Under the pieces are notes generated by a model. It saw nothing but the letters and a program-made list of their open reading frames with translations. It did not search any database and was not told the DNA's origin. Shown one piece after another: positions 29,654 through 37,908 of a DNA stretch of 64,000 nucleotides (position 1 is the first letter of the stretch; the number at the start of each line of letters is the position of its first letter). The position numbers were made by a program, and so were the translations under genes. This stretch comes from an uncultured Actinomycetes bacterium (GTDB taxonomy: Bacteria; Actinomycetota; Thermoleophilia; Solirubrobacterales; 70-9), in the NCBI GenBank assembly GCA_963745365.1, contig CAVUXC010000014.1:46247-110246 (forward strand), read 5' to 3'.

Positions 29654-30597
29654 TCGCTGGCGCCGACCAGCCGCTCGACGCCCGCCTGCTCGATCGTGCG
29701 CCGCAGCCCGTCGCGAAGCTCGACCTCCGGCTCCCAGCCGAGGAGTCGCTTTGCGCGTGTGATGTCGGGCTGCCGGACCCGGGGGTCGTCCACCGGGAGA
29801 GCCTCGAAGACGATCTCCGAGCGTGATTCGGCCACCTCGATCACCGCTTCGGCGAGCTTCAGCAGGCTCATCTCCTTGGGATTGCCCAGGTTGACGGGCA
29901 TGTGCACGTCCGACTCGGCGAGCAACACGAAGCCGCGGATCAGGTCGTCCACGTAGCAGAAGCTGCGGGTCTGGCTGCCGTCGCCGAACACGGTGACGGG
30001 CTTGTCCTGAAGGGCCTGGCGCAGGAAGGTCGGGATCGCGCGCCCGTCGTGCGGCCTCATTTTCGCGCCGAAGGTGTTGAAGATCCGGGCGATGCAGCTG
30101 TTGACGCCCTGCTGGCGGTGGTAGGCCATGGTCAGCGCCTCGGCGTAGCGCTTGGCCTCGTCGTAAACGCCGCGCGGGCCGATCGGGTTGACGTTGCCCC
30201 AATAGTCCTCGGGCTGGGGATGGACCTCGGGGTCGCCGTAGACCTCTGAGGTCGAGGCCAGCAGGAATCGCGCCCGCTTGAACTTCGCCAGCCCCAGCAT
30301 GTGGTGCGTCCCGTAGGAGCCGACCTTGAGCGTGTGCAGGGGCAGGCGCGCGTAGTCGATCGGGCTCGCGGGCGAGGCCAGGTGGTAGACGAAGTCGACG
30401 TCGTCGTCGAGAAACAGCGGGTGGGTCAGGTCCTGGTGCAGGAAGGTGAACTTCGGATTGCGGATGTGCTCGATGTTCTGGAGCGAGCCGGTATCGAGGT
30501 TGTCGAGGCAGATCACCCGGTGGTCCTTGGCCAGCAGGTAATCGCAAAGATGCGAGCCGAGAAATCCGGCCCCCCCGGTGACGATGCAGGTGCCCAT
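29650..30597 (-). CDS. UDP-glucuronate decarboxylase (UDP-xylose synthase), SDR family
   Basis: [40 protein letters not shown] and FNTFGAKM give near-canonical UXS motifs. Confidence 0.9.
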   Translation of the reverse strand: MGTCIVTGGAGFLGSHLCDYLLAKDHRVICLDNLDTGSLQNIEHIRNPKFTFLHQDLTHPLFLDDDVDFVYHLASPASPIDYARLPLHTLKVGSYGTHHMLGLAKFKRARFLLASTSEVYGDPEVHPQPEDYWGNVNPIGPRGVYDEAKRYAEALTMAYHRQQGVNSCIARIFNTFGAKMRPHDGRAIPTFLRQALQDKPVTVFGDGSQTRSFCYVDDLIRGFVLLAESDVHMPVNLGNPKEMSLLKLAEAVIEVAESRSEIVFEALPVDDPRVRQPDITRAKRLLGWEPEVELRDGLRRTIEQAGVERLVGASD

Positions 30598-30702
30598 GGG
30601 CGCGGTTGAGCATAGCGCCGCGTGGGCCGCATCTCGCCGATCGGGCTAGAGCTGCACGGGCCCTCGCGGGGCGCGGGCAGGTGACGCGGGCTTTACCCGA
30701 GG

Positions 30703-31236
30703 ATGCGGGCCGAGCTCGCCGAGCCCCTGGCCAGCGCTCGGCGCGATGCGCTGGCGCAGCTCGCCTCCTGCGAGGCGGCGCTGCGGCGCACCGCTCGCCG
30801 CTACTCGCTCTGCCCCGACGACGCCGAGGACGCCTACCAGCGCGCGGTCGAGATCCTGCTCACGAAGTCCCCGCCGGACGATCCTCGACACCTCGCCGCC
30901 TGGATGCAGGTCGTGACCCGCCGGGAGGCGCTCGCGGTCCGGCGCTCGCGCGAGCGGCTGCTGGGCCCGGGCACCGACGCTCGCGGCGACCCGCTCGACG
31001 GGATCGCCAGCGACCGGCCCGACCCCCAGGAGCGGCTCGAGCGCCGCGAGCAGCTCGCCGATGCCGTTCGCCTGCTCTCTGGACTCAAACCGCAGGAACG
31101 CCTGGCGCTCGTGCTCCAAGCCCACGGCTACTCCTACGCCGAGATCCGCCAGCTCTGCGGCTGGACCTACACCAAGACGAACAGATGCTTGGCCGAGGGG
31201 CGGGCCCGGCTGCGGGAGCTCGGCGCGATTGCCTGA
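30703..31236 (+). CDS. ECF-type RNA polymerase sigma-70 family factor
   Basis: Region 2 (DAEDAYQRAVEILL, WMQVVTRREALAVRR) and region 4 (LKPQERLALVLQAHGYSYAEIRQLCGWTYTKTNRCLAEGRARLRE). No anti-sigma gene follows. Confidence 0.85.
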   Translation: MRAELAEPLASARRDALAQLASCEAALRRTARRYSLCPDDAEDAYQRAVEILLTKSPPDDPRHLAAWMQVVTRREALAVRRSRERLLGPGTDARGDPLDGIASDRPDPQERLERREQLADAVRLLSGLKPQERLALVLQAHGYSYAEIRQLCGWTYTKTNRCLAEGRARLRELGAIA

Positions 31237-31363
31237 GCAGCCGTGGCGCGCACAATTAAGGGTGCCGAACTCGTCGCCGACCTGAGTAGCGGCCTGTGGC
31301 GGCCAGCGCGAGATACTGCCCGGGCGATGACTGACGAGGAGATGATCGCTGCCCTGCGGCGAT

Positions 31364-31675
31364 GTGGAATGGGATGACACTGAGGGCTTCCCGGGAGTTC
31401 AGGGTCTCTATCGCGGTCGGGCGGGAGCGCGTCAGTGGTGGGACGAGTTCCTGGAGGCTTGGGAAAGCTTCGATGCCGAGGTCGAGCAGGTCACTGAAGG
31501 TAGTGATGGGCGGGTCTTCCTCGGGGTCAACGGGAAGGCGCGCGGCAGGGCCAGTGGCGTGGAGACCGAACTCGCCCTCTGGTTCGTCCTCTGGGTTGCG
31601 GACCACAAGATTGCTCGGCGGAAGCTCTTTCGAAGTAAGGACCAGGCCCTCGAAGCCGCCGGGCTTTCGGAGTAG
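31364..31675 (+). CDS. SnoaL-like / NTF2-fold protein, N-terminally short relative to its paralog
   Basis: (V)EWDDTEGFPG...RKLFRSKDQALEAAGLSE* is paralogous to 31679..32083. The missing N-terminal helix (ARDTARAMTDEEMIAAL) lies upstream in a different frame, and that frame is the one used by the sigma gene. Confidence 0.6.
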   Translation: MEWDDTEGFPGVQGLYRGRAGARQWWDEFLEAWESFDAEVEQVTEGSDGRVFLGVNGKARGRASGVETELALWFVLWVADHKIARRKLFRSKDQALEAAGLSE

Positions 31676-31678
31676 GCG

Positions 31679-32083
31679 ATGTCGCAGGAGAACGTTGAGC
31701 GTGTCAAGCAAGCCGTGGAGGCGATGAACGACCGCAAAATCGAGGCTGCGCTCAAGTTCGCGCACCCCGACATCGAGTGGCAGACGCTTGAAGGGTTTCC
31801 GGATGGCGGGACATTTCGTGGCCCTGAAGGAGTCCTGTCGTTCTTTCAAACCTGGCTGGACACTTTCAAGGGCTTTCGGCTGCATCTCGAGAGATGCGAA
31901 GCGCTGGATGAGCATCGTGTCCTCGCCATGCTGCGAGTCAGTGGCGAGGGTGTCGAAAGCGGGGTTGAGGTCGAGTCGCCCTCGTTCTTTCAGCTGTTGG
32001 AGTACCGCGACGGCCTGCTGATTCGAGCTCGAATGTTCCAGACCAAGAACGAAGCCCTCGAAGCCGCCGGGCTGCGGGAATAG
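31679..32083 (+). CDS. SnoaL-like / NTF2-fold protein
   Basis: 134 aa with ATG start. HPDIEWQTLEGFPDGGTFRGPEGVLSFFQTWLDTF...ARMFQTKNEALEAAGLRE*. Its G+C is lower than that of its neighbours by eye. Confidence 0.8.
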   Translation: MSQENVERVKQAVEAMNDRKIEAALKFAHPDIEWQTLEGFPDGGTFRGPEGVLSFFQTWLDTFKGFRLHLERCEALDEHRVLAMLRVSGEGVESGVEVESPSFFQLLEYRDGLLIRARMFQTKNEALEAAGLRE

Positions 32084-32435
32084 GCGACCGGTCTCGCGGC
32101 TAGCGGCCAGCCATCCCTACGAGCAAGGCCAGCGCAAGCCCTAACGGGAACCCGCCCGGCGGTCAGGCGGCGGCCGGCACCTCCAAGGGGGCGCCCCTGC
32201 GTACATGACGCCGGCATGCCGTAGCGACGCCCTCCTCAGCCTCCGGGCGCGTCGGTGACGACACGCGCAGTCGCCGGTCGGCCAAACCGTGAACCACGGC
32301 CGGCCCTCGTCTCGTTTCGGCGGCGACAGCCAGCCCTCCCGGTCATCGGCTCCTGCAAGTCGCGCGAAGGGGGAACGGACTGGTCGCGGAAGCTCTACGT
32401 TTTGGTAACTGCTTCGTCGAGCACGGGAGACCAGC

Positions 32436-32927
32436 ATGGGTGATGCGACCGGCGCGTACCTCTACCAGCCCGGACAGGCTGAACTGCGGTGGATGGGTGA
32501 AACGTCCACGTACTTTCTCGCCACAGGAGAGGAGACGGGAGGAGCATTCTGCCTCGTTGACGAGCATGCCAGTCGCGGGGAAAGCGTCCCGCTACACCGG
32601 CACCCCGACGACGTGGAGTCCTTCTACGTATTGGAGGGGGAGATAGCGCTCTACATCGGTGATCAGCCGGGCGTCCGCGCGCCGGCCGGTTCGTTCGCGC
32701 ACCTACCCGGTGGAACCGTTCACGGCTTCCGAATCGAGTCGGAAACGGCCCGCTACCTCATCCTCACGACACCGCGCCACGGGCAGTTCTACCGCGCGAT
32801 CACCCTGGCGTCCCGACCGGGCGGTCTGCCGCCCCTCGACTCGATCCAAGGGCCACAAATCAAGCGGGCCAGTGAGGACTATGGCGTCGAGTTCATCGGA
32901 CCACTGCCAGATCGAACAAAGAGGTGA
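32436..32927 (+). CDS. cupin-domain protein
   Basis: PLHRHPDDVESFYVLEGE...PGGTVHGFR is the two-motif cupin signature. Confidence 0.8.
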   Translation: MGDATGAYLYQPGQAELRWMGETSTYFLATGEETGGAFCLVDEHASRGESVPLHRHPDDVESFYVLEGEIALYIGDQPGVRAPAGSFAHLPGGTVHGFRIESETARYLILTTPRHGQFYRAITLASRPGGLPPLDSIQGPQIKRASEDYGVEFIGPLPDRTKR

Positions 32928-32940
32928 GAACCTTGGCAGT

Positions 32941-33837
32941 GTGTCGTCCGGGCCGACATCGGATGCTCAGGCGCTCCGCGAGCTTGAGCGCATCCCGCTC
33001 GATCTGCCTCGAGGACTTGAGGTCGCGTGGCTCGGGGTCTCGGGCTATCGCCTCACCTATCAGGGCGTCTCGGTCTTCATCGATCCGTACGTGTCGCGGG
33101 TGCCGCTTCGGGCGCTGCTTCTGCGGCGAAGGGCCCTGCCGGACGAATCCTTGATCGGCCGCTACCTCGGGGCGCCGGGGAAGGTGGCCGGGGTCCTCGT
33201 CGGCCACACGCACTTCGACCACGCGATCGACGCGCCGGCGCTCGCTCGCCGCTTCGGGGCGAAGGCCTTCGGATCCGCGTCGCTGGCGCATCTGATGCGC
33301 CTGCACGGCCTCGCCGAGCTCGCCGTTGAGGTCGTCCCACACCGGGCTTACGAGCTCGGTCCCTTCCTGGTCCGCTTCGTCCCTAGTCGCCACTCCAAGC
33401 TGCTCTTCGGGCGCAAGGTCCCGATGGATGGCGAACTCACCTGCGAGCACCTGCATGGACTGGTGCCGACGGCCTACAAGTGCGGGACCGTGTGGGGCAT
33501 CCGCATCGAGGTCGCCGGGGTCAGCCTCTACCACCAGGGCAGCGCGGACCTAGATGACGAACAGCTGCGCGACGAGCCCGTGGACGTCTTTCTCGCCGGG
33601 GTTGCGGGCCGGAGCGTCACGCCCCGCTACTGGGAGCGGATATTGCCGCGTCTCGATCCCGGATTCGTCGTGCCGACCCACTACGACAACTTCTTTGTTC
33701 CTCTGGGAGGGGATGAGAAATTCCTGCGCGGGGTCAGGTTGACCGACCTGCCGGGCGAGGTGGCCCGGGTCTCGCGGGACGCGCGGGTCGCCGCTCTGAC
33801 GCGGATCGATCAGCCACCTTCACAGTCGGGAGCATGA
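32941..33837 (+). CDS. metallo-beta-lactamase-fold hydrolase
   Basis: VLVGHTHFDHAID (HxHxDH), plus later SRHSK and HQGSAD. GTG 32941 is the first start after the cupin stop; the upstream part of ORF 32659..33837 overlaps the cupin gene. Confidence 0.75.
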   Translation: MSSGPTSDAQALRELERIPLDLPRGLEVAWLGVSGYRLTYQGVSVFIDPYVSRVPLRALLLRRRALPDESLIGRYLGAPGKVAGVLVGHTHFDHAIDAPALARRFGAKAFGSASLAHLMRLHGLAELAVEVVPHRAYELGPFLVRFVPSRHSKLLFGRKVPMDGELTCEHLHGLVPTAYKCGTVWGIRIEVAGVSLYHQGSADLDDEQLRDEPVDVFLAGVAGRSVTPRYWERILPRLDPGFVVPTHYDNFFVPLGGDEKFLRGVRLTDLPGEVARVSRDARVAALTRIDQPPSQSGA

Positions 33838-33926
33838 GGCACCGGCGGGTTCGGTCCGACCCCGCCTCGACGCGTCCGTCAGCGGTCCGATAGGTTCGGC
33901 GCAGATAACGACGAGGAGGTGGCGCC

Positions 33927-34227
33927 ATGCCTGTCGGACTGCGGATTGAGCTTCCCGACCAACACGCTCGAGGACTACGACAAGGTCACGGAGGCGCTCA
34001 ACCTCCCGGCCGAGTGGCCGGATGGGCTGATCGTCCACGGCTCGCACGAGGCCGACGGGCATCTCGTCGTCAACGACGTCTGGGAGTCGCGGGGGCACTT
34101 CGACCGCTTCGCGGAGGAGCGGCTCCAGGGCACGATGAGCGACGCGCTCGGCGATCGTGCCAGCGAGCCCGAGATCGTGGAGCGCGAGCTTCACAGCTTC
34201 CATGCGCGCGAAACCGGGGGCGGCTGA
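33927..34227 (+). CDS. small hypothetical alpha+beta protein, frame broken 8 codons after the start
   Basis: AGGAGG lies 7 nt before ATG 33927 (MPVGLRIE). The rest (FPTNTLEDYDKVTEALNLPAEWPDGLIVHGSHEADGHLVVNDVWESRGHFDRFAEERL...) is in the frame of ORF 33919..34227. An extra c sits at 33951. Confidence 0.5.
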
Positions 34228-34284
34228 GCCTGGCCTAGCGGGGCCTCGAACCCGCTGCGGCTCGTACACGGATCCAGCCCCGGG

Positions 34285-34776
34285 TTAGTGCTGATGTGCA
34301 TGGGCGCAGCCCTTGCCGCGCGCGATCAGCCAGCGGTTGGCCAGGAAGGCGAATGGGAACGCGATCAGGAAGCCGCCGGCGACGCTGGCCCAGAGCAGAA
34401 CATCCCCAACGTCGGCATCCATTGCCCCGGGAACGAGTACCACGAACAGGTTGTCAATCACCTCCATGATCGTGATCGAGATCGTGTCCGACGCGAGTGC
34501 TGTGGAGACGATTGCCCCGGCCGCGAGGCCGGCGCGCACAAGCGGCAGGGCCGTGAGCCCGAAGCCGAACAGGTAGGCGAGGCCGACCGCGAGCGCGATC
34601 TGACCGGCGTTGCTCCAACCGAGTGCGGTAGCGATCGCCATGCCCGTGACTTCGCCAGCCGCACAGCCGGTGAGGCAATGCAGGGTTGCGCTGAAGGCCA
34701 GTCGATCGAGAGGGGGGCCCGTGTCATCGGTTTGTAGGGCGACGTCTCGCTCGCCGGTAGCGACTGCCTGTTCCAT
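34285..34776 (-). CDS. DUF4396-type membrane protein
   Basis: TLHCLTGCAAGEVTGMAIA is followed by hydrophobic helices. The C-terminal tail GKGCAHAHQH is Cys/His-rich. Confidence 0.75.
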   Translation of the reverse strand: MEQAVATGERDVALQTDDTGPPLDRLAFSATLHCLTGCAAGEVTGMAIATALGWSNAGQIALAVGLAYLFGFGLTALPLVRAGLAAGAIVSTALASDTISITIMEVIDNLFVVLVPGAMDADVGDVLLWASVAGGFLIAFPFAFLANRWLIARGKGCAHAHQH

Positions 34777-34876
34777 GAGTTTCAGCTTACGTCCAAGCTG
34801 ACCGCCACGCCTGCAGCGCCCGATCGGGAATGCCCTCCAGCGCCAGGATCCGCTCGATGTTGATCGAGACGCTTTC

Positions 34877-36628
34877 CTAACGCGCCACTACCGCCTGCTC
34901 CCCCGCGAGCAGCTGGTGAAGCTGGGCGACCAACACCGAGCCTTCGCCGACGGCGGAGGCAACCCGCTTGATCGAGTTGGCGCGAACGTCGCCGACAGCG
35001 AACACCCGCGGCATGCTGGTCTCGAATCCGAGCGGCTCTCGCTGGAGCTGCCAGCGACCGTCATCTCGCCCTGCCTCGACCAGATCACGTCCGGTGAGCA
35101 GGTAGCCCCCCTCGTCGCGCCCGATCTCGGGTGGCAGCCAGTCGGTGTGGGGGTGTGCGCCTATCAGGATGAAGAGGCCTGCCGCCTCGACCTCGTCGGT
35201 TGCGCCCGTCGCGCACTCCCGCAGGGTGAGCTGGGCGAGGCGGTTCGTGCCGCCCCCATCCACCACCTCAGTTCCCAGGCGAACGTCGATGTTCGTAGTC
35301 GCCGCGATCGCCTCCCGCAGGTATCTCGACATCGTCTCTGAGAGGGTGGGACCGCGTACAAGCAGGGTCACGTGGTCCGCGTAGCGGCAGAGATGCATCG
35401 CCGTCTGGCCCGCCGAGTTGCCGCCGCCGACCACGTATACGTCTTTCCCCGTCAGCCCGCGTCCCTCCGAGGTGGCTGCCCCGTAGAAGACGCCGGAGCC
35501 GACCAGATGTTCGAGTGAAGGAATTCCGAGCCGTCGATAGGAGACACCGGTGGCGAGGACCACGGTGCGGGCGGCGATCGGACCGACATCGGGGATGTCC
35601 AGCGTCAGGCAGCCGGCGGGACAGGTGAGCTCGGTGCCCTCGCGCATGAGCAGGAACTTCGTCCCGAACACCCACGCCTGCTGATAGGCACGCTGGGCCA
35701 GTTCGGCGCCGCTGACGCCTCGCGAGAAACCTGGGTAGTTTCGAATCAGCGCGCTGGAGCCCGCTTGGCCGCCGATCGTCTCGCGCTCGATGACGAGGGT
35801 GCGAAGGCCCTCCGACGATGCATAGACAGCGGTCGTAAGTCCTGCCGGACCCGCTCCGACGATGACCGCGTCGAATTCGCGATCCTCGCCCAGCTCGGTA
35901 TCGACGCCGAAGGCTCGGGCGAGCTCGGCCTTCGAAGGATCTACCAGGACGCCCTCCCGCCCGGGGATCGGATTGCGCACGATCGCAACCGGCGCACCGC
36001 CGCAGTCGGGCGCATGCTCGCGGACCAGCTCCTCGCCCGCCGGCGATGCTGCGTCGTGAAAATCGAAGGGAACGCCGTTTCGTGCCAGCAGGTTGCGCAA
36101 GTCGTGACCGCGCTGCGACCAGCGCTCGGCTACGACCGTGATCTCGCGAGCGTCGGCGGAACGGGTGCGCGACCATTCACAGAGGAACTCGGTGAGGGTG
36201 CGGTGAAACTGTTCGTCCGGCTCGCCGGTGGGTTTTATGACGTAGTAGTCGAAGTCGTCCCGCGCCATGCCCGTGTGGATTGCGGCGGCGATGTCCGGAT
36301 CTCCCCAGTCGCCCCAGCGGATCAGCAGCGCCCGCTTGGCGAGGGGCTGGATCTCGCCGACCTCGTAAAGCAGATTGCGGCCGTCCATGTGCGGCAGGGT
36401 CTGTGCGGCGAGCACCATTGCCACCTCAATCCCCTGCTCGGTGAACCCCCGCACGGCCTCCAACGCCCGTGATGTCGAGTCGACAGGGACGATGGCGTAG
36501 TTGCTGCCGTAGCGGTCGGTCAGCGTCGCCGTGATTTGCTCCAGCGCCTGCGCGTCATCGTCAACCACTGCGAGCACCGGCAGTTGAGGCGCCCGCCGCT
36601 GGTCCTCTTGTTGGTCAGCCTCGCTCAT
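34877..36628 (-). CDS. fused receiver-like domain / thioredoxin-disulfide reductase-like FAD oxidoreductase
   Basis: ATG 36628. The N-terminal CheY-like segment reads VLAVVDDDAQALE...VAMVLAAQTLPHMDG...YYVIKP. The C-terminal part reads DAVIVGAGPAGLTTAVYASSEGL, VVGGGNSAGQTAMHL and FAVGDVR. The rest of the 1097-aa ORF 34877..38170 is antisense to the next gene. Confidence 0.85.
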   Translation of the reverse strand: MSEADQQEDQRRAPQLPVLAVVDDDAQALEQITATLTDRYGSNYAIVPVDSTSRALEAVRGFTEQGIEVAMVLAAQTLPHMDGRNLLYEVGEIQPLAKRALLIRWGDWGDPDIAAAIHTGMARDDFDYYVIKPTGEPDEQFHRTLTEFLCEWSRTRSADAREITVVAERWSQRGHDLRNLLARNGVPFDFHDAASPAGEELVREHAPDCGGAPVAIVRNPIPGREGVLVDPSKAELARAFGVDTELGEDREFDAVIVGAGPAGLTTAVYASSEGLRTLVIERETIGGQAGSSALIRNYPGFSRGVSGAELAQRAYQQAWVFGTKFLLMREGTELTCPAGCLTLDIPDVGPIAARTVVLATGVSYRRLGIPSLEHLVGSGVFYGAATSEGRGLTGKDVYVVGGGNSAGQTAMHLCRYADHVTLLVRGPTLSETMSRYLREAIAATTNIDVRLGTEVVDGGGTNRLAQLTLRECATGATDEVEAAGLFILIGAHPHTDWLPPEIGRDEGGYLLTGRDLVEAGRDDGRWQLQREPLGFETSMPRVFAVGDVRANSIKRVASAVGEGSVLVAQLHQLLAGEQAVVAR

Positions 36629-36772
36629 GCTCCGATGGGTGGGACTCGCGGCGATGGTACTGCGGCGGAAGCGCCATCCCTCGGAAATTGTCTTCCTGGG
36701 ATGGGGTGTAGAGTGACTCGACGGTCGCCAGGTGACCACCCGGTGCCGGCGGCGGCTCGGAAGGAGGATCGC

Positions 36773-37882
36773 GTGTCCAGATCTCGCTCGCGCAATGGCC
36801 GCGGCCGTTGGTGCCACCTGTTGATAGGGGCAGTCACGATGGTCTCCGTTCTCGCCGCCGCGGTTCCCGCTCAGGCCGCCCCGTCCGTCTACGTCACCAA
36901 CAGCGACCACGTCACCGTGTCCCAGTACGGCGTTGGCGCGGGAGGGCTGCTGGCGCCGCTCGTCCCGCCGACCGCCCGGGCCCGCGATTTCCCCAACGCG
37001 GTGGCGGTGAGCCCTGATCGCAAGAGCGCCTACGTCACCAACGGCGGCAGGGGCGACTACGTCATGCAGTACAACGTCGCTTCGGGGGGACAGCTCTCGC
37101 CCAAGAACCCGGCCACAGTGATGGTCGGCGGCGGCGGCGGCGCCAGCCCGACGGGGATCGCGTTGAACCCGGACAGACACAGCGCTTACGTCACCAGCGG
37201 CGCCGGAGTCTCCCAGTTCAACGTCGGGCCGACCGGGAAGCTCACTCCCAAGAACCCGGCCAGCCTGGCCGTCGGCCAAACGTCCTATGTGGCCGTGAGC
37301 CCTAATGGCGGGAGCGTCTACGTGACCGACTACTACCGAAGCATCGTCTTTCAGTTCAACGTCGGCCCGAATGGGTATCTCACCCCCAAGAGCCCGGCCA
37401 CGGTGGCCACCGGCGCGCAACCGCTGGGGGTGGCGGTGAGCCCTAACGGTGGGAGCGTCTACGTCGCCAACGCCGGCAGCGACAAGGTCTCCCAGTACAG
37501 GGTCGGCCCGGGCGGGAAGCTCATCCCCCGGAGCCCGGCCAGGGTGGCAGCGGGCGGGCAACCGCGGTGGGTCGCGGTGAGCCCCGACGGCATGAGCGCC
37601 TACGTCACCAACCAGGACAGCGACAACATCTCCCAGTACGACGTCCTCCCCGGCGGGAGGCTCGCGCCCAAGAGCCCGCCGACGGTTGCCGCCGGCGACG
37701 GCCCGCAGCAGTTGGCGGTGAGGCTGAATGGAACCAACGTCTACGTCGCCAACTACAACAGCGACGACGTCTCCCAATACACCATCGGGGTGGGTGGGAC
37801 GCTGTCCCCCGCGAGCCCGGCCACAGTGGCTGCGGGGTTCGGTCCGCAGGGGGTGGCGACGAACCCCCCGGCTTTCCCCTGA
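36773..37882 (+). CDS. secreted YVTN/lactonase-type beta-propeller repeat protein
   Basis: GGAGGA precedes GTG 36773. The signal peptide reads ...LLIGAVTMVSVLAAAVPAQAAP. About eight ~45-aa repeats follow (SxYVTN...VSQYxVGxxGxLxPKxPxTVxxGxxPxGVAVSPxG). Confidence 0.8.
   Translation: MSRSRSRNGRGRWCHLLIGAVTMVSVLAAAVPAQAAPSVYVTNSDHVTVSQYGVGAGGLLAPLVPPTARARDFPNAVAVSPDRKSAYVTNGGRGDYVMQYNVASGGQLSPKNPATVMVGGGGGASPTGIALNPDRHSAYVTSGAGVSQFNVGPTGKLTPKNPASLAVGQTSYVAVSPNGGSVYVTDYYRSIVFQFNVGPNGYLTPKSPATVATGAQPLGVAVSPNGGSVYVANAGSDKVSQYRVGPGGKLIPRSPARVAAGGQPRWVAVSPDGMSAYVTNQDSDNISQYDVLPGGRLAPKSPPTVAAGDGPQQLAVRLNGTNVYVANYNSDDVSQYTIGVGGTLSPASPATVAAGFGPQGVATNPPAFP
36880..37870 (+). repeat. intragenic tandem repeats (~135 bp units) encoding propeller blades
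   Basis: The peptide pattern YVTN / SQY / LxPKxP / AVSPDG or AVSPNG recurs throughout the gene. Confidence 0.6.
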
Positions 37883-37908
37883 GCGAGCAGCGGCGCTAGC
37901 GTGAAGGC

